Below are positions 20,254 through 29,404 of a stretch of 64,000 bases of DNA, piece by piece. The position numbers and the translations under genes are program-made. Under the pieces are notes generated by a model, which was not told the DNA's origin, made no database searches, and saw only the letters and a list, made by a program, of their open reading frames with translations. Positions within the stretch are counted from its first letter, which is position 1. Each line of letters begins with the position of its first letter. The stretch comes from Candidatus Latescibacterota bacterium (GTDB taxonomy: Bacteria > Latescibacterota > UBA2968 > GCA-2709665): NCBI GenBank assembly GCA_965226795.1, contig CBDDDZ010000005.1, positions 1,408,001-1,472,000 of the forward strand, written 5' to 3'.

Positions 20254-20529
20254 TTACGGATTCAGGGCGTTCTGCACGGCGTCCCTATCGGCGGTCAATC
20301 TTTGAAGCTCTTGTTTCTTTTCGGCCAGCGTGCGTTCCATTTCAGCCCGTTTCTGCCGGCAGGCATCCAGTTCCGCTTCGGCAGCCCGCGCGTTGTTCCT
20401 GGCCTCTTCCAGCATCTGAAGATCTTCTTCCGAGGCCATTGCAATACAGCCCGACAGAAGGGGAAGCAAGAACAGCGCCAGCACCACGCCAAATCCCGTG
20501 AAACGATCCATCAAATTGCGCTTAGCCAT
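20254..20529 (-). CDS. Small coiled-coil lipoprotein
   Basis: Lipobox LSGC, heptad-rich helical mature part, AGGAG before the ATG. Confidence 0.75.
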   Translation of the reverse strand: MAKRNLMDRFTGFGVVLALFLLPLLSGCIAMASEEDLQMLEEARNNARAAEAELDACRQKRAEMERTLAEKKQELQRLTADRDAVQNALNP

Positions 20530-20743
20530 CGATGTCTCCTTAGGGACACGTGTCCATGCGTTGAACGAACGTCGAATTGACAGACAAACTGAAAACGGCG
20601 ACTAACGATTGACGCATTCTGAAAAACGCGCGAAAACACCGTCTTTCCAAGTTGCATTTAGTGCCACCAAATTACTATAAGAATGGGCTAAAGTCAAGAA
20701 AAAAATCTACATGATCGCTTGCGTTGCAGCGTGTATACGGCGT

Positions 20744-22540
20744 TCAGGGATGGGACGATTCGGCGCCCAGCAACCGGATTCCGAGTTCTCTCAACTGGTC
20801 TGTGTCGACCGCCGACGGAGCGCCGTCCATCAAGGAGGCGGCATTGTTGGTTTTCGGGAAGGCGATCACATCGCGGATGTAATCCCGGCCCGCCATAAGG
20901 GCGACCAGGCGATCGTACCCGAAGGCGATCCCCCCGTGGGGAGGCGCGCCATAACGGAAGGCATCCAGGAGAAACCCGAATTTGTCTTCCGCCTCTGCCG
21001 TAGAAATGTCCAGAAGGTCGAACATTTTTTCCTGTATCTCCCTGCGGTGGATACGAATGCTGCCGCCGGCTATTTCATTCCCGTTAAGCACCAGGTCGTA
21101 GGCCCGCGCACGCACGCCTGACGGGTCGGTGGCCATTTTCTGCAGGTCTTCGTCCACGGGGGAGGTGAACGGGTGGTGGCACGCCGCATACCGTTTCTCG
21201 CGCGCATCCCACTCCACCAGGGGGAAATGGGTAACCCACCCGAAGCTGAAACGATTGCGGTCAAGCAGGTTCAGGAGTCTCGCCAACTTCAGGCGCAGAT
21301 TGCCGAGTACGTCGGCCACGATAGCGGGCTGGTCTGCCGCAAACAGCAGCAGATCGCCGGGCTCGGCGTGAAGGGCCTGCCGCAGAAGGACCTGCGCCTG
21401 TTCCGGGAAGTATTTGACGATCGCTGATTCCATCCCGCGATCGGTGACCCTGATCCATGCGAGCCCCTTGGCGCCCAAACCGCTCACGAAAACGCCCAGG
21501 TCGTCTATCTGTTTGCGCGAGAACCTACCACAGCCTTTGGCATTGATGCCTCGAACCTGACCTCCCGCGGAAAGGACACTCTTGAACACCTGGAACTCCG
21601 AGGCTTCGGCGGCCGCGGCCAAGTCGACGAGTTCCAACCCGAAACGAGTATCCGGTTTATCGGAACCGTAGGTGTCGATCGCCTCCTTGTGGGTGAGGCG
21701 TGGAAAGGGCCGAGGCAGGTCGATATCCAGGATTTCCTTGAATAGGTTGGCGGTAAGCCGTTCGGCTGCGCCCATTACGTCTTCTTCATTGACAAATGAC
21801 ATTTCGATGTCGATTTGGGTGAATTCCGGTTGCCGGTCCCCGCGGAGATCCTCATCTCTGAAACAGCGCACGATCTGGAAATAACGGTCGAACCCTGCCA
21901 CCATGATGAGCTGTTTATAGGTTTGGGGGGATTGTGGCAGGGCGTAGAAATGGCCGGGGTTGACCCGGCTGGGCACCAGATAGTCACGCGCGCCTTCCGG
22001 CGTACTCTTCATGAGAAACGGGGTCTCGACCTCGATGAAGCCGCTGTCGGAAAGGTATCGCCGCGTGGCTTGTGATATGCGGTGCCGCAGCAGGATGTCG
22101 GATTGCAGGTCGGGGCGGCGGAGGTCGAGGTAACGATGGCGCAGGCGGACCTCCTCGTTGGCATCCGACCCCGCTTCGATGAGAAAGGGCGGAGTTTCGG
22201 ACTCGTTCAGGATTTTCAGTTCGGATGCCTCGATGTCGATTTCGCCCGTTGACAGGTTGGGATTCGCCATGCCTTCCGGCCGGGATTCCACCCTTCCTTT
22301 TACGGCCATCACGAATTCGTTCCTAATGGCTTCCGCCTTACTGTGTACCTCTGGATTCAAGTCGGGCCGAAAGACAACCTGTGTGAGCCCGTTTCGATCG
22401 CGCAGATCCGTGAAAATCACACCGCCGTGATCTCTGCGTTTAGCGACCCAGCCCATCAGGGTGACCTGGCTGCCGATATCCTGGGCGCGAAGATCGCCGC
22501 AGGTGTGCGTGCGTTTCCAGTCGCCGAGGGATTCCGCCAT
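20744..22540 (-). CDS. aspS: Aspartate--tRNA ligase
   Basis: RTHTCG, RRDHGG, STPEGARDY, LPQSPQ, FRDEDLR, GGSIRIH, GAPPHGG. Confidence 0.97.
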   Translation of the reverse strand: MAESLGDWKRTHTCGDLRAQDIGSQVTLMGWVAKRRDHGGVIFTDLRDRNGLTQVVFRPDLNPEVHSKAEAIRNEFVMAVKGRVESRPEGMANPNLSTGEIDIEASELKILNESETPPFLIEAGSDANEEVRLRHRYLDLRRPDLQSDILLRHRISQATRRYLSDSGFIEVETPFLMKSTPEGARDYLVPSRVNPGHFYALPQSPQTYKQLIMVAGFDRYFQIVRCFRDEDLRGDRQPEFTQIDIEMSFVNEEDVMGAAERLTANLFKEILDIDLPRPFPRLTHKEAIDTYGSDKPDTRFGLELVDLAAAAEASEFQVFKSVLSAGGQVRGINAKGCGRFSRKQIDDLGVFVSGLGAKGLAWIRVTDRGMESAIVKYFPEQAQVLLRQALHAEPGDLLLFAADQPAIVADVLGNLRLKLARLLNLLDRNRFSFGWVTHFPLVEWDAREKRYAACHHPFTSPVDEDLQKMATDPSGVRARAYDLVLNGNEIAGGSIRIHRREIQEKMFDLLDISTAEAEDKFGFLLDAFRYGAPPHGGIAFGYDRLVALMAGRDYIRDVIAFPKTNNAASLMDGAPSAVDTDQLRELGIRLLGAESSHP

Positions 22541-22617
22541 ATTTTTGGCTCCGGTAAGGGGACGAATCGAGTCGCGAGGATGCCGGCAGGGCGTCCCCGC
22601 ATACCGAATCTTGGGCG

Positions 22618-23901
22618 TTAACGCTTTGTTTTTATGTGTTCCAAGAGTTTATTGACGTTGTCGGACGGCAGGACGGTCTGTGCGCCTGTTTTCAGGTTCT
22701 TCAGCACAACGGTTTCCGACCGTACTTCGTCGGGGCCGATGATGGTTACAAACGGAATCCCTTTACGGTGCGCATATTTCAGCTGGCGGTCAAGTCGCTG
22801 GCCGGGCTTCAGACCGAGTTCGACGGTAAGCCCGTGGGATCGGGCCAACCGCGCAAATCCGGCGGCGTGTTCGGCCGTGTCTTCAGAAAAAACCGTTACC
22901 AGCAAGTCGGCGATGGGAGCGGTTGCATCGGCAAGCAAATCCGATTCTTTCAGCAGTTCTGTAATTGCCATGTCGCCAACCGCGAAGCCAACGCCGGGGA
23001 CCGGCCTTTTGCCACCCACCTGAAGGGTCAGATTGTCGTACCTCCCGCCGCCGAACAAGGCGCGCCTGAGAGAGTCTTTCGCCCAGGCTTCAAATACGAT
23101 ACCGGTGTAGTAATCGAACCCACGCACGATTTTCAGGTCGGGTTCCACGTATTGGGATACGTTGTTTTCTTCAAGCAGCCTGATGACGCGTTCGAGCCTC
23201 GGCGAAAAACGGGGGTCTTTGCTCTCCAGTGTCTTTACGAGCCCGTCGACTTGATCGGAGTTCAGGCCTAGACTTTCCAGGCCGGCGCTGAATTTCCCGA
23301 AGGGTATCTTGTCGATCCGGTCGACAATGGAGAACAGCGGCCGGATCTGCCCGGAGGAAAGGCCCAGGGAGCGAATGAGGTGAGATTCAAGGCCTTGCCG
23401 ATCGTTGAGCCTCACCACCACCTGATCGGGAGACAGTCCGAAGATCTTGAAGAGTTCACAGGCGATTGTAATTATTTCCACGTCGGCATAGAGGGTATCG
23501 CTTCCCAGCAGATCGATGTTCCATTGAAAGAACGACCGTCCCCTGCCGCGCTGCGGGCGTTCGTACCGGTAGAAACGTCCGTAGGACTGCCAGCGCAGAG
23601 GAAAGACAAGCCGGTCCTCCTGTTGGGCCACCATGCGGGCGAGGGTGGGCGTAAGCTCGGGTCGAAGCACCAGGGCTTTCCCGTCGCGGCTGGACAACGA
23701 GAACGTCTGACGGCCCACGATTTCCTCGCTGGTTTTGCCCAGGTAGAGGTCCATGTATTCCAGGATCGGGCCCTCGTATTCCTGGTAGCCGAAACCGGCG
23801 CCGAGTGCGATACACTTTTCACCGAGCCACTTCTGACGTGCCCAGTCTTCAGGGTAGAAATCCCTGACTCCTTTGACGCGAGGAATGAGTTCAGCCGCCA
23901 T
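22618..23901 (-). CDS. hisS: Histidine--tRNA ligase
   Basis: KGVRDF, LRPELT, RYERPQRGR, VRGFDYYTG, GGGRYDNL, anticodon-binding tail. Confidence 0.96.
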   Translation of the reverse strand: MAAELIPRVKGVRDFYPEDWARQKWLGEKCIALGAGFGYQEYEGPILEYMDLYLGKTSEEIVGRQTFSLSSRDGKALVLRPELTPTLARMVAQQEDRLVFPLRWQSYGRFYRYERPQRGRGRSFFQWNIDLLGSDTLYADVEIITIACELFKIFGLSPDQVVVRLNDRQGLESHLIRSLGLSSGQIRPLFSIVDRIDKIPFGKFSAGLESLGLNSDQVDGLVKTLESKDPRFSPRLERVIRLLEENNVSQYVEPDLKIVRGFDYYTGIVFEAWAKDSLRRALFGGGRYDNLTLQVGGKRPVPGVGFAVGDMAITELLKESDLLADATAPIADLLVTVFSEDTAEHAAGFARLARSHGLTVELGLKPGQRLDRQLKYAHRKGIPFVTIIGPDEVRSETVVLKNLKTGAQTVLPSDNVNKLLEHIKTKR

Positions 23902-23986
23902 GATATTCCAATTTCAAGTGGGTAAGCCCTTGATTTTCAGCCAAATCGAAAAATATACACGCAAGTTGACTCGATGTCAAGATTTA

Positions 23987-25270
23987 TCAGGTTTCCGGTC
24001 GAAATGCCGCTTCGAGATGCCGAATCTGAGGCGAATTGCTCTCAAAATCCACGGCGGCGACGTCGAATCGCGGAGCCATTTTAGGGGTAGGGTGGCGTTG
24101 GAGATATGCCCTTGCGACCCGAACGATCTGACGTTGTTTTTCGAGGGTCACGCGGGTTTCAGGTGGGCCGAAGCCCTTTACGGCGGCGGTTTTTACTTCG
24201 ACAAACGCGAGAGTACGGCCCCTCGATGCGATCAGGTCGATTTCTCCCCCCGCCGCCCGGTAATTTCGACGCAGGATCCGGTAGCCCGTTCTTGTAAGCA
24301 GGGCGGCCGCCGCGTTCTCTCCCCGCTTGCCGGACCAGGAAAGACGGGTCTGTGCATTCTCGGTACGGCGGGAACGGCCAGCCACGTCCGCGGTCGGCAC
24401 CGCATCGCGAGACGGGGCGCCGACCGCGGATTCCGGAGCGACGGGGGCCGTCGCGTCCCGGGATCTCCCGGCGAGATCGCTGACATTTTCGGTGCGTGAG
24501 GCGGAGGGCACCCCTTTGAAGGATCTACGGTGGATCCGGCATGGGCCGTATATTCTGAGAGCCCGCCGATGGTCCGTGCTGCCGTACCCCTTGTGGCGGG
24601 CGAATCCGTATTCCGGAAATTCGTTATGAAAGGCAACCATCTTGCGGTCTCTGGTAACTTTGGCGAGGATGGATGCGGCCGCAATGGAGAGGGCAGCTGC
24701 GTCGCCGTCGATCACGGCGGATTCGGGAAAGGGGCTTCCCGGAACGCCTGGGCCGTCCACCAGGACCCGGTCGGGTGGCACGCCGAGCCGTCTGATGGCG
24801 CGTCGCATGGCCAGGTACGTGGCCTGCAGGATATTGAGGCGGTCGATTTCCTCCGCCGTTGCCTCGCCGATGCCATGGGCGACAGCGGCTTCTTTGATCC
24901 GCACGTAAAGGCTCTCCCGCCTGAGAGGAGTGAGCACCTTGGAGTCGTTCAGACCCGGGATCAGGATCTCCCGCGGAAAGATCACCGCGGCGGCTACGAC
25001 CGGACCGGCCAACGGCCCTCGTCCGGCTTCGTCGACGCCGGCGATGCGGGAAAGGCCGCGCGCGTATAACCGGTTTTCCAGGGCCCGCATTTTCTCCAGG
25101 CGTGCGCGTTCGGCCGCGATGGATTTTCGGCGTCGACGCTCTTTGAGAGCCAGACTGCGCACGCCGGCGCGAGGATCGGCATCCAGGACATCCAGAAGGG
25201 CGACATCGACGTCCTCCGGGCATCGGAGGAGTTCGCGGATCTCGGAAATCGTTAAATTGGACAGGTCCAT
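23987..25270 (-). CDS. rnhB: Ribonuclease HII fused to a YraN (UPF0102) domain
   Basis: GVDEAGRGPLAGPV, LNDSK, IAAASILAKVTRD, HKGY, IHRRSF; then a linker and GENAA...RNYRAAGGEIDLIA...FVEVK...RFDV in one frame. Confidence 0.9.
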   Translation of the reverse strand: MDLSNLTISEIRELLRCPEDVDVALLDVLDADPRAGVRSLALKERRRRKSIAAERARLEKMRALENRLYARGLSRIAGVDEAGRGPLAGPVVAAAVIFPREILIPGLNDSKVLTPLRRESLYVRIKEAAVAHGIGEATAEEIDRLNILQATYLAMRRAIRRLGVPPDRVLVDGPGVPGSPFPESAVIDGDAAALSIAAASILAKVTRDRKMVAFHNEFPEYGFARHKGYGSTDHRRALRIYGPCRIHRRSFKGVPSASRTENVSDLAGRSRDATAPVAPESAVGAPSRDAVPTADVAGRSRRTENAQTRLSWSGKRGENAAAALLTRTGYRILRRNYRAAGGEIDLIASRGRTLAFVEVKTAAVKGFGPPETRVTLEKQRQIVRVARAYLQRHPTPKMAPRFDVAAVDFESNSPQIRHLEAAFRPET

Positions 25271-25707
25271 GGGTATAGTGCATCTGCCTGGCGTTACGAG
25301 CTCATGGAGCCGTGGAGCGTGGTATGCTACCCGGCGTGAACGTCTCACGCCGGATTCCATTCTTTTATTAGTTGAATTATGGTCGAATGCCAGTGAACAT
25401 GCAAGAAAAAGCGGCCTGGCCGATGCCAACGGCGCGACGAGTCCCAAAACTCGCCCGAATCCGAAGGACATCCGGGACGGGCCCTGGTGGATCCTGCGGT
25501 GTTGCGGCACTCGTTGCGCTCCCGTTTCCCAGGGTTGAGTCCCCTCCGAAAACGGGGGTTATAAAAGCCTGATGTAAGTGGTCAGGGTTGGGTATTGTGA
25601 TTTAGCGTGTGGCGACGATATAACGTGTAGGTGCGGCATATCAACTCAGGGTCAACCGAAGTTGCTCAGGGCGTATGGTAAGGAGGTTTTTCGCACGAAA
25701 ACCCCTC

Positions 25708-27292
25708 TTATGCGGGGAGCATCGGGGGTGTTGTGAGGTAGTTCTTGATCCGAACCAGGTTGACCCATAAGCCACGACAGTGCGCCCACAATTGGTGTGG
25801 CCTCAGTCCGCGATAGCGCGTCTTGCCATTTTGGGTATAATAGCTCAACTGGAAGATGCTGGCTTCGACATTGTTGCGTCGGTTTCTGATGTGGTCAGGC
25901 AGGGCTTCAATCTGTTTGCGTTTGAGGTAATTGTCGATGTGCTGTTCTTTAAAGTATCGGGGTTTGCCATCCACGATGATTTTGTATTTTCCCGGTTTGT
26001 ATTCTTGGGCTATGTGAACCTCTCCGGTTTGTTGATCAATGACGGTGACGCCGTCTTCTGTGCGTTCATAAATGAAACGTCCTGGGGTTCCTTGCAGGCC
26101 ACTGTAATAGAATTGCTTTTGCATACTCGGCGTTGGATTGATCATTATAGGCCCCATCCATTGACACTTCCAAGACGTCACCCACCACCTGTTGCGTCCG
26201 CTCGATGGCCGCTTGGACAAACGCATTGTCGGGCGTCGTCGCGGGTTTGACGTCAACGTCCGTGATCAAATTGAGGCCGTCCTCACCACAGGTCTCGGTG
26301 AGGTTGACACTGTATCCTTTCACCTTGTCCTTCCCTTTCCTGCCTGCCTGCGCCGGATGCTCGGCAGACAGGCGAAAGGCCGCATCTTCATCATCGGCAG
26401 ACTGCAAGGAGGATGAGGAGATCTCTTCAGGAGGCTTCGGAAGCACCTGTTTAGAGGACGATAAAACGGTATATTGATCCCCCATAACACGCACGATCAG
26501 ACCATAGTGACCGCTGTCTTTGTCGGTATAGGTCGCTTGAAGCCTGCTCAATAACTGCCCGCATTCCTGCAGCTTCTCACACTTTTCAACGCGGGTGAGA
26601 CCATAGACAACCTGATGGGGCTTCACCTTGAGCAATCCGTCCAATACCTGCCGATTTTTTGTCGATAATCGTCGCTTTTGGTCCTTGTCCAACGACCCCC
26701 AGAACGCTTGTAAGCAACTTACCACCAACTGCAACCGACAACACAGGGCAATGTTCGAGCCGATCAACTTACTGTCCATTCGGATGTGCTGACCCAATAC
26801 ACCAAAGGCGTTGGCCTGCGTCTTTGTTAAGCTGGAAAAGGTCTCTCCAATCAGATCTCGACCGGCTTCGAGTTGATCCGCATACAAGGCCTGCTTGAAC
26901 AGATAATACGTGGACTCCGCAGGCACTTCATCGGATAGATTCATCAACCCCAATGCCCGCATCACCAGAATGTTGAACCGACAATGCTCGAATAGTTGGG
27001 CATCGCTCCACCCAAAGCCCTCCTTCAAGATCATCATCGACACCAGCTGACGAATCGGCGCATTGGGGCGGCCTTGGTTGGGATCAAACAACACCGAAAA
27101 CACATCCTCATCTATCTTTGAGGTGATGTGCCGGTAAAACAGATTATGCCACGACTTCGGATCATTCAACTGGTCCTGCTTGCGCCTCTTGAAATGCGAC
27201 TCGAAGACCGAAAACAGATCCGGTTGGCTGCATGACGCGCTTCTCGAAAACATCGATACTGTACCCTCGCTTTTTCCTTTATACATCCGCAA
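25708..27292 (-). pseudogene. Transposase, frameshifted near 26110-26125
   Basis: GRPNAP, RMDSKLIGSNI, DGAY in one frame; FYYSGLQG...RRNNVEASIF...GKTRYRG in another. Confidence 0.82.
26342..26373. repeat. Short palindromic element, copy 1, in frame inside the transposase
   Basis: GCCTGCCTGC-GCCGGATGCTCG-GCAGACAGGC; arms match the copy at 63174-63196. Confidence 0.75.
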
Positions 27293-27588
27293 CTTTGAAA
27301 CCTCTTCTCACTTGGAATGTAGTACTTTTTCCTCAATAAGTAAACTCGACTTTTCGGAGTGGGCTCAGGGTTAAATCCGCAGAAGGGTCAGGACCACGTG
27401 TGCGTCCCGAAAAGTTGAATTCCGAAAGGTATTTTATATATATTGAGATATCGTCGCCTGTTCGCGAGATACACGGATCTTTTCGGATGGGCTCTCGCGT
27501 CGTCTCCGATAGCGAACAACCCCGCTTCATATGGAACCCGTGTGGGCGTCGGTACCTCCCGAAGGTGCCAACATAAGAGGAAACGGTA

Positions 27589-29355
27589 GTGGAACCTCGT
27601 TCCAGAAACGTCAATTTTCGAAAGCTGCTGCGGTTCGCCCGCCCCTACGCAACGCGTCTGGCGACAGCGCTGGGCCTGACCGTCCTGCTGGCGTTTCTGG
27701 AAATGGCGCCGCCGCTGATTACCATGTATATCGTGGACGAGGTTATCGTAGTGGGCAGGTGGGAAATGCTGGAGGCGGCACTGGCGTTACTGATCCTCAC
27801 ACCGGCGCTCGCCGCGGGCCTGCGCGTGGCGAACGCATTTACGTTTTCGTACGTCTCCAACCGTTTGATCATGAATGTCCGCCTGACGTTATACGAGCAT
27901 GTATTCCGGCTTTCCCTTGGGTACCACGATGAAATGGGTACTGGAAAAGTAATGTCAAGGATGATGGGGGATGTCGCAACGGTGCAGCAGATGGTCTCGA
28001 TGCAAATGCTGCGCGTGATAACGGATTTCGTATCGATCATCGCGGCGGTGGCGATCTGTTATGGGCTGAACTGGAAGCTGGCGCTCCTGATGACCGTTCT
28101 GATTCCCCTGTACATTGTCAACTACAGGATTTTCGTAGGGCCGATACGCGTTTCAAGCCGGGGGTGGCGGCGGAAAATGGACGATGTGTCCGTGGGTCTG
28201 CAGGAGAGGCTGAGCGGGGCAAGGCTGGTGAAGGCGTATGGGCGGGAAAGACGCGAGGACCGGGCGTTCGCGTCGGAAACAAGGGAAAGCCTGACGTTCG
28301 CGATGCAGACACAGACGCACCGGGCTTCGGCGAATGCCGGCTTCTGGGTTGTGTCGGGGCTGCGCAATACTCTGATATTCTGTCTGGGCTGTTATTTTGT
28401 GATTCAGGGGGAGATGACGTACGGCGCCGTTATGGCGTTCCTGTCGTACGCAATGCGTGTATTCCAGCCGATACTGAATCTGATGAACGTTGGCATTCGG
28501 TTCGAACAGATGATGGTATCCGTGGATCGGATCTATGAAGTGCTGGACCATCCGGTTGCAATCCGCGACGCTGAACGCGCGGTGGATCTTCCCCCGGTCC
28601 GGGGGCAGGTCGTTTTCGACCGCGTCCGGTTCGAGTACAATGCCGGTGAACCCGTGTTGAAAAACATCTGCCTCGACGTAAAGCCCGGTCAGATGGTGGC
28701 GCTGGTGGGGCATACCGGATGCGGAAAGTCCACGCTGACCAGCCTGTTGATGCGCTATTACGACGTTTCGGAAGGCGTCATCACGGTGGACGGCCACGAT
28801 ATTCGTGATGTCCGGGTGAAATCCCTTCGGAAACAGGTAGGCCAGGTGCTGCAGGACTCGGTACTGTTTAACATGACATTGCGCGAGAATCTCTGTTACG
28901 GCAATTCCCAGGTATCGGACCGGGAATTAATAGACGCCGCGAGGGTCGGCGAAATCCACGAGTTCGCCATGCGAACGCGGGATGGATATGATTCAAAGGT
29001 GGGAGACGACGGTATCAAGCTATCGGTGGGAGAAAAACAGCGGCTCTCCATTGCCCGGGCGGTGCTGACCGATCCGGCGATAATGATTCTGGACGAGGCC
29101 ACCTCGGCGCTGGATTCGCTCTCCGAAGCCCTGATACAGAAAGCAATGGCCAACGTCCTGAAGGGACGGACGTCCTTCGTCATTGCGCACCGACTGTCTA
29201 CAGTTGTGAATGCCGATCTGATCCTGGTCATGGACCAGGGTGAAATCGTCGAACGCGGCAACCACGAGTCATTGATGCAGATCCGGAACGGGAAATACAA
29301 ATGCCTCATCGACCGGCAATTTGCGGGCAGTGCGGCGCAGGACGCCACGGGTTGA
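27589..29355 (+). CDS. ABC exporter half (TMD+NBD), subunit 1
   Basis: GHTGCGKST, LSVGEKQ, ILDEATSALD, IAHRLST. Confidence 0.93.
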   Translation: MEPRSRNVNFRKLLRFARPYATRLATALGLTVLLAFLEMAPPLITMYIVDEVIVVGRWEMLEAALALLILTPALAAGLRVANAFTFSYVSNRLIMNVRLTLYEHVFRLSLGYHDEMGTGKVMSRMMGDVATVQQMVSMQMLRVITDFVSIIAAVAICYGLNWKLALLMTVLIPLYIVNYRIFVGPIRVSSRGWRRKMDDVSVGLQERLSGARLVKAYGRERREDRAFASETRESLTFAMQTQTHRASANAGFWVVSGLRNTLIFCLGCYFVIQGEMTYGAVMAFLSYAMRVFQPILNLMNVGIRFEQMMVSVDRIYEVLDHPVAIRDAERAVDLPPVRGQVVFDRVRFEYNAGEPVLKNICLDVKPGQMVALVGHTGCGKSTLTSLLMRYYDVSEGVITVDGHDIRDVRVKSLRKQVGQVLQDSVLFNMTLRENLCYGNSQVSDRELIDAARVGEIHEFAMRTRDGYDSKVGDDGIKLSVGEKQRLSIARAVLTDPAIMILDEATSALDSLSEALIQKAMANVLKGRTSFVIAHRLSTVVNADLILVMDQGEIVERGNHESLMQIRNGKYKCLIDRQFAGSAAQDATG

Positions 29356-29404
29356 GAAGCGCAGTGGCCGCGCAATGCCAAGTGAGGCGCGGCAGGGGCG
29401 TACC

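Larger units (their letters stand above)
25537..27366 (-). mobile_element. Insertion sequence of about 1.83 kb (DDE transposase, IS1182/IS5-like, family uncertain)
   Basis: Ends GAGTCCCCTCCGAAAA and GAGCCCACTCCGAAAA (14 of 16 inverted match), flanked by AGGGTT direct repeats at 25531-25536 and 27367-27372. Confidence 0.88.

Noticed and set aside
25271..25510. N-terminal extension of the rnhB ORF in the ORF track
   Set aside because: No family similarity; RNase HII-like sequence begins at the ATG at 25270.
25520..25530. TCCCGTTTCCC matching part of the tRNA-Gly 3' end, as a possible att site
   Set aside because: Only 11 bp, inverted relative to the tRNA, and no integrase in the window.
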